Source: Phoronis australis (Eukaryota; Animalia; Phoronida). Taken from it: DNA of 64,000 bases. Within the stretch, counting starts at the first letter, position 1. Each line of letters starts with the position of its first letter. Under the pieces are notes generated by a model that was given only the letters and a program-made list of their open reading frames with translations, made no database searches and had not been told where the DNA came from. Shown here piece by piece: positions 51,113-64,000 of the stretch. Position numbers and translations under genes: made by a program. The DNA is taken from assembly GCA_002633005.1 (NCBI GenBank), contig NMRA01000638.1, positions 172,693-236,692 on the forward strand. Direction: 5' to 3'.

Positions 51113-53998
51113 AACAAGAGCAATGCTGAGGCATTGACACGCGCCCACAGTACATCATATATGATATGATTCTAAGGGCCACTAGGAGGTGCTGTATTAG
51201 TAGACTTAGCCCGATAATCAAATGGTGGCAGCATATTGTCATCACATACCATTGAGTAAAAGTTTCACTGAAATCTGTTTATCAGTTCTATTACATAATC
51301 CGGAAATGCTCTTCCACTAAACACTTGAAAAGTCTATCTCCAGAACAAAATGATGCCGGCATTTAGTCATCATATATAACTACCATATTTGCCCTAATAA
51401 GCGCCCAGAGCGCTTAGAAAAATTTGCTTCAGGAAGGGGGCACTTATAGCCCAAAAGTGGTTGAAACCCAGTCTCTGAAACAGGTGATATCATCAGCTAG
51501 AATTCATCAAATTTACGCTCTGTGACGCATCTGTAACCATTGGTATCAAACTTTGTTGTTAAATTACGAGCATTTTTCAGAAAACCCCAGTGAGAAAACT
51601 CGCCGACTGGTGCGTCGCTGCCTCGCCATCGCCATCGCCAATAAGCCAACTTGAATTCTTGAGTAAAAATATAGTTTCAACTCAACAAATTACCTGAAAT
51701 CCTCCTCAAGTTTTCAAAATAGCAATTTTTTAAGTTCCTGTAGAGTCGGGATTAACTGTATATTAAGTCTGCTCTAGATCACACTCCGCAACACGAGAAA
51801 ATAAATCTCAGGAGGAACACACATGTCGTTGTCACGTTTCTTTTGAAGTTTGTCTGCATATGGTGTGAGAGCGAGCAAGTGCATGTCATCAGAGTTCATT
51901 TGCCAGAGTAAACACAATGTAACGATCTAGGTGTGCATTTTAATCCACAATTGTCTCAGTAAGGCCAATGTCATTGAGTCGCTGGGTGACTGGATGCATG
52001 ACTGTTTAACAGTTATTTTCAGGGGGTGTAAGGGTGCAGAAGTGTTCACTATCAGTGGGTTATTTTGACTTTAAAAACATCAATTACTACTAATTTAATA
52101 ATTCCCCTTAAACATAACGCAAACGTTTTTTATGGTATTAAAAACTTTCGGAAATAAGTGCCAAGACTAATCTTCGATGACAGATTCTTGAATGTAGCGT
52201 GTGCTTCCTAGCCACATGCTTTTAAATGAACAAAGGTCAAGTCTTTTATTAGTCTTTGATTCACGGTTTTCACAATACAATCCCTTTGAGAAATACGCTG
52301 CATCTGTTCTGAAAGGCCAGACCATAATAGGACATGTCCCTCGCAAGATCAGCAAAACTTTTTGAAGCACGGCAGAAGTTTGAAGTGTATAGTCATGGCT
52401 AAATACCGACATAGCGGCGAGGCTCCTGCTCTACAAATTCCCCACACAATGATTTTTTCAGGACTGTCGGATATTATTGATAAATTGATGACGTTACTGT
52501 TGAATTTTAGGACTGTAGGTAAGGCATTTTTCGCACGTACACGTTCACGGACTGGGCGCTTATTTTAGCAGTTTGAAAACGCGTGGGGGGCGCTTATAGG
52601 GGCATGGGCGGTTATTACGGCGAATATGTTAACTAGGAACATTACATAGTACTACTGATTATAATTACCATTTTTACACAACTTTGCCTTTCTATTAAAG
52701 TACTAATAAATCAGTGCATAATCCTCGATCAGATCCCAGGAGTCCAACTTAAACCTGAATACATATCTGTGGATGGTAGAATGTATGTATTGATAAATTG
52801 AAGATGTTACTGTAGAATTTTAGAACTGTAGGTAAGGCATTTTTCGCATGTACACATTCATGGGCTGGGCGCTTATTTTAGCAAAGTCTGAAAACGTGTG
52901 ATGGGCACTTATAGGGGCATGGATGCTTATTCGGGCGAATACGGTGTTTTCACAATAATGTACCAACCTATTTATCTCGGTGCCTATTACTTGTTCGAAA
53001 TAGCCACCAAGATTTTCTTCTTCAAACAATTTTGTAGTGCCTAGACACAGAACTTCGTTTTGCTCTAAGTCCTTTTTTATTCAGGCCATTCAACGACTTA
53101 CCAAATAGTCTAAAGGAGGCTGATGTTTGTGATTACTTCAGACACAAACTCATCTGATGTTACCTGTGGATGTGGCCATCATAGCTGTCCCTCATTTCGT
53201 CACTTCATTGTATATACCATATAAAAGTTTCATTTAATTTATTTAAGTTATTCAATTTAGTTACTTATTTTTTAATTCAATTTGGAAATTCAATTTATAA
53301 AATATTCATTTTAAGTTGATTTTACTTAATTTAATCTATTTATCGTTCTTTATTTAATTTATTTTTTGCTGTGAGAGGACCACGCTGTATATTAGCCTTT
53401 GGCTAAAGCATGTTTTTAATATCTATTGTATTTTATCCTCACTAAATAAAGTTTAATATTATTATTATCATTATTAATATTATTATAAATGGCCACTAGG
53501 TGTTACAGTACTCAACTCCACTCAAAATTTTTAACATATCAGCGTATCGATATCACACCTTTGTGTCAAGTTTAAAAATCCGTCAATTCGTTCTCTAGAT
53601 ATCATTCAGAAACGCTCTCACACAAAATGGCCAATAGGAGGTACTGCAGTAGTCGAATCTGGCCGAAAATCAAATGATGCTGCTGTAATCCTATAATATA
53701 CCCCTGTATCAAATTTCAATGTATTTCGCCCATCAGTGTTCTAGACATCATCTGAAAACACTCTACTCCCGAAAACAACACTTGAAAAGTCCCTCGTAGA
53801 ACAAAATGGCCACTAGGTGCTACAGTGGTCGAATTCGCCCCAAAAATTAAATCATGCCAAAGCATCGACATCACACACCTTTGAGTCAAGTTTAATTGAA
53901 ATCCATCGATATGTTCTGTAGATATCATCCGGAAACACCCTTCCCCCAAAATACAGAAAAACCCATGCTCCCCTGACCTCAGGGGGCAGGGCAGAATA
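51113..53998 (+). mobile_element. HINE-like modules (~51113-51360 and ~53490-53998) flanking a Tc2-like insertion
   Basis: 5' aacaagagcaatgctgaggcattg hairpin; ggccactagg core units on both sides; terminal hairpin ccctgacctcagggggcagggc. Whether both parts are one element is uncertain. Confidence 0.5.
51383..52944. mobile_element. Tc2/pogo-like element (family of 16780-18243) with a duplicated right end
   Basis: ta|CCATATTTGCCCTAATAAGCGCCCA at the left end. The right end occurs twice (~52470-52630 and ~52790-52944). Confidence 0.8.
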
Positions 53999-54068
53999 CG
54001 CGCACACACACGCACACACACACACAAGCACGCACATGCACACACACACAAGCATGTACGCACACACA
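53999..54068. repeat. Imperfect (CA/CG)n microsatellite
   Basis: cgcacacacacgcacacacacacac... Confidence 0.9.
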
Positions 54069-55830
54069 TTACACAATTATTTTCCTTCTCAAGAGCAAGA
54101 TTTTTCTTTGTTTTTGAAAATGCCAATTCTAATCAAGGTAAAACAATTTTAAAGTCACCTATCTGGATAGCAAAATCATAGTCACTGACACTATTTTGTC
54201 ATGAAATTTTACCACAAGGAGTCACAGAAAGACAGGCACTCCAATGTATTAACTGCAGATGGTCCCACCAGGTGTCCTCACATTCCAAAATGATTCACTG
54301 ATTACCAGAAATGTTTGACAGATGAAGACACAGGGAGTCACTATGGGTGAAACAAGGAGAAACAGAAAGCAGCAAATAATTTGCTGAGCAATTGGTAAAA
54401 ATGCAGATTAAGAGTTTAATGGAGAACAGTGTTCCCCCCACATGTGGGAAAGTCCCGAGCCATGTTGGGAAATAAAAGTTTTGAGTTACCTTGGGTAAGC
54501 CTGGTTTGTTCTGCTTTAGAAAGAGGTAGAAATAATTTTGCTTAGAAATATTCGTTGTTGTAATAAAAAGCATTATAATATGCCCAGCAATTGAAAAAAC
54601 TGCCACAGTAGCTATTTAGGCCAATTAGCAGAAAGGGAGATTGGGATAAGAACATAACACATGCTTAGAATTTTTGGCCTCAGGAGAACCCTGAGCTGAG
54701 ACCATAAAAACATAGCCATGCAGGTTAGACAAGTTCATTACAATTAGTCCAAAAAGTGCCTCCACAGCCAAGTGGATGAAAGCCATATTGCTCACCCCTG
54801 ATTCAGAATACGGTACACAGCAGACCAATAGCATGAATAGCACAAATGGTCAAAAAGACTTTGTTTCTGTAGGAAAGCATGTGTCCCCAGTGTGCAACCA
54901 AATTTGGAAGTTAACGACTTTCATGTAAAAAATACATAACCAAAATAAGAAGATAACCTAGAAATCTGCAATACCATTTTTAAGACTTCATCTTTTTGGA
55001 AAATTTTAACAATAAAAGACATGGTCACATGACCCACTAACGCTAGGTTGACTTTGAATAAAAATGGAATTCTACTGGCTTCCTACTTTTAGAAAACATA
55101 TACATTGACTGTTAAATTACAGTTTCATAGACATTTGGTTAAATCCCTATAGACTTATTAACAATGTCCCATATAGCTTAAAAATGTGAGGTCATATATC
55201 ACAACAATTGAAAGTCATTGTGTATTGTTGTTAAGCATTAGTAATGTTGAAAGGTTTTTTATTATAAATCCTCTTGGTTGAAAAACTGACATTTGATTTA
55301 CATCACTTCCCATAACACCATGCATCCTAAATGGCAAACACATATGGTGTGCTTATTCTTTCCAACATTTCTAAACACCAGAGTGAACTTGAAATTCAGT
55401 CAGTGCTAATAAACAAAAATCGGCATATGCAGTTCTCCTTTAAATGTTTTTACAACATTAGCACATTAAAGAAGTTTCAGTAAGTCAAAAAGCAATCCTA
55501 GTAGATATCGTGATTGACACAAAACTGAAATTGTAACTAGGGGAACTGCTGCAGTTGGATCCCTCCAATAACCAAGGCAGTCATATTTCGCTTTACTACT
55601 AACATCGCAATTTCCATTTTAAGGAATTTCAATCAGTGGAAACTAAGCGTAAATCCCGAAAGTTTGCAAACATATCAAATAGTGAAAAAGCATGGTAATC
55701 TATTGAGACATGGAGAAATCCGAGGAAAGATGCATCATTGGTCATACAAAAAACAAATACAGATTGATTTCTTGGGCATAATAAGTCATATCGACCTGAC
55801 AGGAGATCAATTTTGCTCTCCCTCAATCTA

Positions 55831-56708
55831 TCGTATACTCCTGGGTAAACGCCCATGCCTGGGTAAACGTCCACCCCTGACTTTTGCCAAATTTCGATGC
55901 ACGAGTCCACTGTTCGGGTAATCTTCCATCCCCCACTTTGCACAAATTTCTGCTTCGTGAGTAATTGCCCATTCCTAATTTACCGCTAACAGAACTTGAG
56001 CTTGAATTCATGCTTTTATTTACAACTTTGCCTCTGGCTCAGACTTCCATGTTTGCAGGAAACATTGTGAATAGTCTTGAAAAGTGTGCTTTTTAGAGGG
56101 CATAACTGTGGAATATCTTAAGCACTGCAACTAGGTCTTTTGCTAATATAGGCCTACTCCGTAAATTTTCATTGAACTGGTGCTTTTTTACTACAGATTA
56201 GTCATAGTTCCGTAATAATCTTGATTGGATTGTGAAGTTATTCGTGCATATAAGTTGCATGGATGGAGAACGTGATTTTGTTACTTTTACCTCCCGGTTG
56301 ACCCAGATTTGAACTGACCAATTCATCACACCCCCTCTCTCCTTGCAATTGCACACACGGAGCATATGATTTTGGTAGATTTATCTCCTGGGTCGACACA
56401 CATTTGAATTGAGTTATGAGTCACACCCCCTCTCCTTGCAAATGCAAAGTTTGGGTCAGGCTGGCAACGAATCGTCTGTTCAGTAATCGAGGAAACAAAA
56501 TGTAGTCAAGTTCACTGATATAAATCGGTACTTGCTGATATGGTAAGGGGAGCTTGAATGAACACCCCCGCCCACTTACCCATTTTGGCCAAACTTTTTT
56601 ACCTAAGTGGACACCCCTGACTTTTGCCAATTTTTGATTTTTGCTTTAAGCACCCACCTTCCTGTTTTCCAATTAAAGCGCCCAGGCCGTTAACCGGCGA
56701 GTTTGCAG
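55831..56708. mobile_element. Tc2/pogo-like element, second family
   Basis: ta|tcgtatactcctgggtaaacgccca ... gttaaccggcgagtttgcag|ta; body homologous to 32329-32885. Confidence 0.75.
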
Positions 56709-57070
56709 TATATGTGATCTCCTAATTGGCGATACTGAATCGAAATGCTAACACTCTGCTTCTAAATCAACTGGTTAACTGCAATCATGACTTGGATCCA
56801 AGACCAAAGTTAACCATTCTTCCAGACCAACACCCCTCAAAACATCAACACATTGGTATGGCAGGCCTTTTAGAGACAAGGAGCTCAAAACCAATTGAGT
56901 ACTGGTAAATTTATAACAATCTTCTTGGTCCATGTGCCCATGACTGGGAAATATCTTGAAAAATAATCAAGGTTCAAACCAAATGACTCAACACACTAGC
57001 AAACCACAGTAACTTCCATGAAAAACCGATTTAGGAAAACATAAGGACTAAACACTGGAAAGCCACTTAC

Positions 57071-57196
57071 CTCATTCAAGTTAAGTCTCTTTGGAACAAT
57101 CATTCCGTAGTAAGGACGCCAGCTGTACAGTTCGTACACATAGTACAGCAGAGGCTGTTCGGCCTTGCGTTTTCTACTGTTGCCCGTCACAGCCAT
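57071..57196 (-). CDS. Probable alternative first coding exon (42 aa, MAVTGNSRKRKAEQPLLYYVYELYSWRPYYGMIVPKRLNLNE)
   Basis: ATCATGG start context and consensus donor GAG|GTAAGT at phase 0, in unique sequence. Confidence 0.6.
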
Positions 57197-60016
57197 GATC
57201 AGATACAGTACAAGTTCCAACACAACATAGATGAAAACTCAGAGGAAACGAGTTAAGAGAAAAACACAGTATGTAACTGGAAGAAACATCACTGCATTCA
57301 ACTGGAACTCTCCCACTTTTCCCATATTAATCCATAGCAAAGGTTTATCCACAGGGCCCTATGAATCTGCTGTCCTGAGACTAAAACTTCTTCTTTAATC
57401 CATCCCAAAAGTCTGTGTTGCTGGACAACAGTTAGTCTGTAATGTGGTAATCACAAGTTCTTACTGATTCCTTTATTTGATGAACTCTCCAGACATGGTT
57501 ATCAACCAACCATTGAATTCCCAGCAGGCCTCCAGAAATGCGGGCAACAAGACTGGACAGAGGAGCACTTGAAACACAGGTCAGCACCTTGCCATTGTTA
57601 GTAGTTTTGCAACAAACATAAATCCGATCAATCGTTTTTGAAAAATGTTAGCCAAATTCGGAATTTTCCTAGGGTCCTACATAAACATAACGTTAGTTCA
57701 ACAATAAATGACTGCAGGCTATTAGAGTTTGATTTAAATGGATGAAGTCTAAATTGCACATTGAAACTGGTTCACAACTGCATGTTAAAATAGGCATAAA
57801 ACTTCCAGCCACAGTTGACTGGCACATTATGACATACTGACCTAAATTGGGAAGCCCTGCCCCAAGTGGTAGAAACGATCCTCACTTTTATTTCAGAATT
57901 TTTAACATAAAAATTGTCATAATTAAAGGAAAAACTAAATGGACATAAATTTCAATCATCAAAACCAGAGACACTGCATAGACATGAGTCTCAAATTATG
58001 CCATACATCATAAATTCTTAATCATTTTAATCAAATACTTCCAGCTAATTTAAACTTAAAAGAAATCACGAACAACCAATTTGCAAGCAACTATACGTCA
58101 GCATACATACCAAGGCCAAACTGTTGCAACAACTGGACCCAGATTCCACACTGAATTTAATTTTCCGAATCATTTAAAAACTACACTTCTGAAACAACAT
58201 AACTGTACTGAGTTTTTTCTTCAGTCACAGACCTGCAGCCTACAAGGTTCCTACTCAAGAACACATGTGAACTATGATGTGCTGTAAATGAGGTGACATA
58301 ACTATATTACTCAATATTACATAATCTGGCCAAACAAGGGACTGGAGACTATTAAATATGAATGATTTAATGCTGAGCAAGCCACTACAATGTCTAATCC
58401 TTCACTAATCTATTCATTCATGTCCTTGAGGCTTTGATTATGATGTCACTCAGTACAATAGAGCAGCAACCATTACAGGCTGTTGTTGATCACACTTTTT
58501 GGTCAAGTTAGCCAGAAGATTGAGGGTGGCTTCAACCTAGCTGCTCCAATAACTTTCATTGTTCATTATAACCATAGTTTACTTTGCCACAGAATAATAA
58601 AAAATGTAGTCATATCAAAAGTGTTCAATATCAAATAACACCGCCACTTCTGTCCTCCAAATGGCTAAAAAGCTGTAAGGTAACTTCTCATATAGGTGCA
58701 GGAAATCGGAAACTATGCATCTATCGGATAGCTTTACCAAAGTTAACCTCAAGGTTGACTAACACCTTATAATGTTCTCTAGGCTTGCGCTAGCCACTTG
58801 CTATCAGCGAATTCTGAGCAGCACTGGCTATGGCAGAGCTAAGTTTGTTTGCCAACAGGCAAATGCTTTCCCAACTTGACAATGAAAATTAATTTCGGGA
58901 AACCTATTCGCGTGTCGAATCTCAGTCGCGCCAAAACGACTCTCTTACTTCGATTCTGAGTCCTAAAAATAACAAGCGAGTGTTCAATTTCATGTCCATC
59001 ACTCGCCCTGAAATCACTCTTTTACCGCAACAAAATGTTCAACTGTGTAAGGGGGCTAGGAGTCTTGGTAATGCCGATTTCTTGCTTCATCGATAGCGAG
59101 ACCTCGTATAGGTGCTGCCGCTGGTTGTCGGCAAGTGACAATGTCAACAACTACTAGAAGACTATTTTTGTAACAAACGTGACCCAGTCTCTCAATAATT
59201 TTTCAAACGCACAATGTGATGTGAGCCAGTTCGACAGCATTAAATTACGCAGCAGATAAAACCAGCCTGAGTTGAGCCGACTCAAACATGCAATTTGAAC
59301 TCAAGTTTCAAAATCATTATTTTTCAAATTACATGAATCTCTCCTAATTCACTACTAATTTTACCAATTTTCACCACATCATTTGTCGTGTCAAATATTG
59401 GTTGAGACTTGGCATTGACAGGTTTTCCTTTCAAGAAGTAAAAGGCGCAAATGCCGTCGGGAATAACAAGTGCGTTATCTATTTTTAAATCAAAATACGT
59501 CACGTCATACCTAGTCAGCTCGCTAAATATCGCTAGTGTAAGCGAAACTGGGACGTGTTTGAATTTTGGCGGTGGCCGAAAGAAAGCAAGGTATAAACTA
59601 AATGTCAGTTAGTTACTTAATGAGTTTTATATTATCTACTCTGCACAATTTAGCTTTATTTTGCTAGCCACAAGTTGTTTAACATTTATGGACAGAGTGT
59701 CTTGCTCATGAAAATGCCCACGTGGCTGGCGTACCACCGCCATAAGCCAGGGATTAGGGGAAATCCCTGCCCAAATTTTTTTGGTCAACATCAATGAAAT
59801 GCCCATGTGGCCTGCATACCCTCGCCGTAACCCGGGAATAGGGGGAACCTATGCCCAAACTTTTTAGGTCATAATAAAACCCATGTTGGCTGACATCCCC
59901 TCTAACATATTAGGTTGCTGTATGACCTTGAAATAATGATCATTTGTTTTTTTCTTAAGGCAAACGTCTTATCTTATAGTACATTATGAAAAGTACCTGA
60001 GCATAACATGAAAAAT

Positions 60017-61260
60017 AACGAGCAACGCAGAGCATTAAAATGCGCCCAATGTATCGCAAATGGTGTATTTTTAGGGTTATTTGTATCATAAAAATGGCTA
60101 TTAGATGGCGAAAAAACACACAATCTATCCAAAAACGGGAACATATCATATTTCATTAAAAATCTGTCAAGGAACTTCAGAGAAACAAAGGAAAACAGAA
60201 CAAAACAAAATTGCCACTAGTGGGCACAGCGTCCGTTCCATCCACCTGAAAGTCGTCGTCTGTTATCTTCATAAAAATTCACTTACTAAATTTAATAAAG
60301 ATCCTACAGTGGGTTTTGAAGATACAGCTACGGGAGCAACATAAAACAAAACTACCACTAGGAGGCGCCACAGTAGCCAATCACCATCATCAAACATCCT
60401 CTTCAGACTGAAAACATAGTACGCCAATTTTCAAAACCATCCCAAGAAATGATTTAGTTTATCGAGGGGTGGACGCTAAAAACAAAATTTGAAAACAGCA
60501 AAAATGGCTGACGCAAAATACCTCGATTCCATCTAAAAACAGGATGATAGCGTCATCTCACCAACAGATGCCTATATTCAAAATTTTATTGAGGGCCTTT
60601 GAAGACACAGACTGGTAAACATAAAAAACTAAAATTGCCACCAGGGTGCACATCAGAAGTCAGATCCCTCCGAAAGTCGTCCATTGTCAACATCATATAT
60701 ATACACTTGCTAAATTAAGTAAAGATCCTGCAAACGGTTTAAAAGATACAGCCACGAGCACAAAAAACAACAAAACTGCCACTAGGAGGTGCCACAGTAG
60801 CCGAACTCATCAAAAAATCGTCGTCAGTCGTCCACTTCATAATAAAAACATACATGCAAATGTTCACAATTATCCTGAAAGCCGCTTGGTTGATAGACGA
60901 GTGGACGCCAAAAAACAGACTCGAAAACAGTAAAAATGGCCACTAGGTGGCGCAAACTACGTCGAATCCATCTGAAAGGGAGGATAGCGTCATCTCCTTA
61001 ATAGGTGCCTATATACCAAATTTTATGAAAATCCGTTCAGGACTTTTGAAGATACACAGGTAAACGTAAAAAACTAAAATTGCCACTAGGGGGCACACCG
61101 GTAGTTGGATCCATCCGAAAGTTCGCTCATGTCGTCATACATTAAGGCATTTTGGAGATAGAGCAGCAGATGCCGGACGGACGGATGCTGGAAGGATGCC
61201 GGACAGACGGATGGAGATGACGGCATAATGCGTCCACATATAAATATGTGGGCGCATAAA
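60017..61260 (+). mobile_element. Helentron/HINE-like element, longer copy of 10738-11583 with extra core units
   Basis: Same 5' hairpin and subTIR, same cores, (GGAC/GGAT) tract and identical 3' stem-loop. Confidence 0.75.
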
Positions 61261-63162
61261 AAGTGCAACTGTACTTTATCGATTGTGGGTGTTGGGAAAA
61301 GAGAAAGTGTTTGGTGAATAATTTTTGAAAATGGCTAAAAAGTTTTCAGATGCCTTAACCATTTTGGATAATACCCTTAAAAGTCTAGCGCGAGCCCAGG
61401 TTGTCCTAGATGGAGCAACATCCTTTGGCCAATGTGGGAATGGATGTGGACAAATGGACATGGACTATCATCAGTGTAAGGGGTACTGTCAGAAACTATC
61501 AAACAATCAGATATTATCATCTTTGCACGGCCTGGGCCACGGTCTGGGACTGATGCTGCTGAACATAGATGATGGTATCCAATAGTTTGATAGCACACGT
61601 TGACTATCATGACTGTAAGGGGTGCTGTCAGAAACTATCCGATACTGTTGTCTATATAATACGAAATTTCCAAGAGGTTTTGCCCATGTCATAAACCGCA
61701 GGGGTGCGTGAGTACTGAATTGACCTAGACCAGCTGCACAGCCTCAACACAGGGTTGGTCTCCGTTTGAATGAACACGGATATAGAATGCCAAAGATGTG
61801 TCCATTTAAGAAGTAGTTTGTATGTCTTTCCGACTGGGAGTACAGTTGAGACACCCGATTTGTCAATCATAACCATATCATCTTCACAGAATTCCGGCAT
61901 TGTTTGGTTGGCGCATTTGGTTGTTGGTATTAGTGTTTTGCTGACGATAAAATGTAAGGCATATGGATTTCTACTATTTGCACTACTTTTTGATTCGCCC
62001 ATGTAATATCAAAAAAATTACATACTCCGTGTTATTAACCAGTAGTGTTGTAACACATTTCAGGTCATCATGTGAGAAAGTTATTTCAGCCAATGTGTTA
62101 TTTCCGTGAAGTTAAAGCTTGGGTGCAGTTCACAAAATATGATAGATGAATGCTTTTATATTGAAGACTGATGGCACTCACTGTTCTTGTACAAATTTGT
62201 TGATGAAGTATAAGGCGGTTGTCAAATTTTTAATGTGAACAATTCTAATTATTCAAAACACTGTCTGTACGATTGAATCCACGAAAAATTGCAAAGCTAA
62301 TTAAAACTGGTCAAATTTAGTGGAGTAAAAACGAGTAAATTGACAAATATACTGTATAACATCATTTTCAAAAATAAATCAATGCATGAAGTAATTTCAA
62401 AGTAGAAAAATAAATTTTTGTGATCATGTTCTCAGAATATTTCTTTTTGCCTGACTCTCTGATCATACAGTGACTCTTAAAACTGGACCTGAATAAAATC
62501 AAGCTTGACAAGATCACCTTTATGACAGAAAATCAGATTTGCCTTATCCATGAACTTAAAATTAATGTAAACAGGAGTAAGACTGAGTCCTAAACCAGCA
62601 GCTACTTACTTACTTGACTGCACCTCTATCACTAAGCCCTGAGCAAAAACACATTCATTAGAACTAGAGCATTAACTCACTGACAGTCAAGCAGCTTTAT
62701 AAAGTCTTGAATAAATGCTCTCGATTCACAACGTAGACCTCTCTATACATATAAAAAGCAACTCGAATAACATACGTATATCAAAGAATTTCACAGCAAG
62801 ACCTATAATTTGCCACATGGCCATCAAAGCCAACAAAAGGTACCAAACTTTGATCACTAGCTTGTGCACATCTACAGGCCAATGACACTGTGGTAGGTAA
62901 CACTGATGTCTGAAGCAAACTGAATAATTTTCAGTAAGAGCCGATGGGCCAACTAGCCCACTAATCTGAAATTACTAAATGAGAATGTTAATATTATCCA
63001 AGGAAAAATATCACCAATTTCGGACAAAAATGATAACCAAAATTGCTCGTTATGCAATTTCCAAGTGCTTTTCACATTGTTATGGTCACGTTTTTTTCAG
63101 AATGGTATCTGATGAAAGCTATGGTACAGAACTTGAACTGCATTCAGTTGTTGTGATATATC

Positions 63163-63233
63163 TTTCATGTGATATATGCTTCATGTGATGTATGTTTCAT
63201 GTGATATATGTTTCATGTGATATATGTTTCATG
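63163..63233. repeat. ~16-bp minisatellite, ~4.5 copies
   Basis: tttcatgtgatatatg repeated. Confidence 0.9.
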
Positions 63234-63332
63234 GAAAAAGGATCAAACAAAATTTCCCTTGCCATCCATATTGCATCCTAAAGTGGGGAGATTTACCTTA
63301 ACTAGAAAAAGATCCTAATGCTAAAACAACTA

Positions 63333-64000
63333 CCCTAAACGTTCAGGTTAACACCCTGGGTGGTTAAATTGGCAAATCCAAATAATCGGGGGTGGGCGGT
63401 TAACCAGACATAGGTGCTTAAACATGAAATTTCAAGAAAACCAGGGTGGGTGGTTAACTGAACATGGGCGCTTATTACGACAGACAACCGCCCTAGGCGG
63501 TTAATCTNGCGCTTAAACATGAAATTTCAAGAAAACCAGGGTGGGTGGTTAACTGAACATGAGCGCTTATTACAACAGGCAACCGCCCTAGGCGGTTAAT
63601 CTTACCTCCTAATCAGAGTACCACACGACACACATACTCGGAACGCGTAGACCATTTCAAAGAGCTTTATCGTCAAGTCGCCAAATGTCGCTAACAGTGT
63701 CATAACAGCGGACGATCCCAAGAAATGTTCTGTTGCCCACAGATTAGTCAATCACAATTAAATTTACAAAATTTGAGAGTAATAGCCCTGTGCCGTCCTG
63801 CGATCTTATTAGAGCTGTAGTGCAGACGGGTAACCGGCATCCACCGAGCTTCAACCAGCAACGGGTCGTTTCCGAGTCAGTGTTTTGCAACTGAGAACCC
63901 GCGCTCGGCATAACGGACTGCAGGTCGCATTGGCGACCTGAAATTAAGAAATGCGAGCCGAGTTTATAGACGTCTTGTTGTACCTGCCACCGTGTAATTC
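63333..64000. mobile_element. Left part of another Tc2/pogo-like element; includes a ~94-bp duplication joined by N (63508)
   Basis: ta|ccctaaacgttcaggttaacaccctggg resembles the ends at 32329 and 56708; gggtgggtggttaac subterminal repeats. Confidence 0.6.

Noticed and set aside
15004-64000. CH1 exons (QKKTFTKW, DLFEDLRDG, DGNPKLTLGLIWTIILHFQ)
   Set aside because: Looked for by eye and in the ORF track and not found; presumably beyond position 64000. A very small exon could have been missed.

Overview
AT-rich eukaryotic (invertebrate animal) genomic DNA. The whole window lies inside one large minus-strand gene of the spectraplakin/plakin family (Short stop/dystonin/MACF1/plectin-like). Ten consecutive GT-AG exons (15003 down to 2858) join in frame. 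They encode the second calponin-homology domain (CH2) and the start of the plakin spectrin repeats. Two exons appear twice, in a ~2.2 kb duplication joined by a single N, which is most likely an assembly artefact. I found no CH1 exons in the ~49 kb upstream of CH2. That stretch instead holds at least five ATG-initiated ORFs, plus three weaker ones, each ending exactly at a phase-0 splice donor that fits the phase-0 CH2 acceptor. They look like an array of alternative first exons giving CH1-less isoforms different N-termini: myristoylation-like, Cys plus polybasic, basic/NLS-like, and a 472-aa Ser/Cys-rich leader. This is inferred from sequence alone; there is no transcript evidence. The rest is intronic, with many non-autonomous DNA transposons (Tc2/pogo-like, hAT-like, Kolobok-like, Harbinger-like, a CAC/5-bp-TSD element, Helentron/HINE-like modules) and remnants of Penelope and RTE retroelements.
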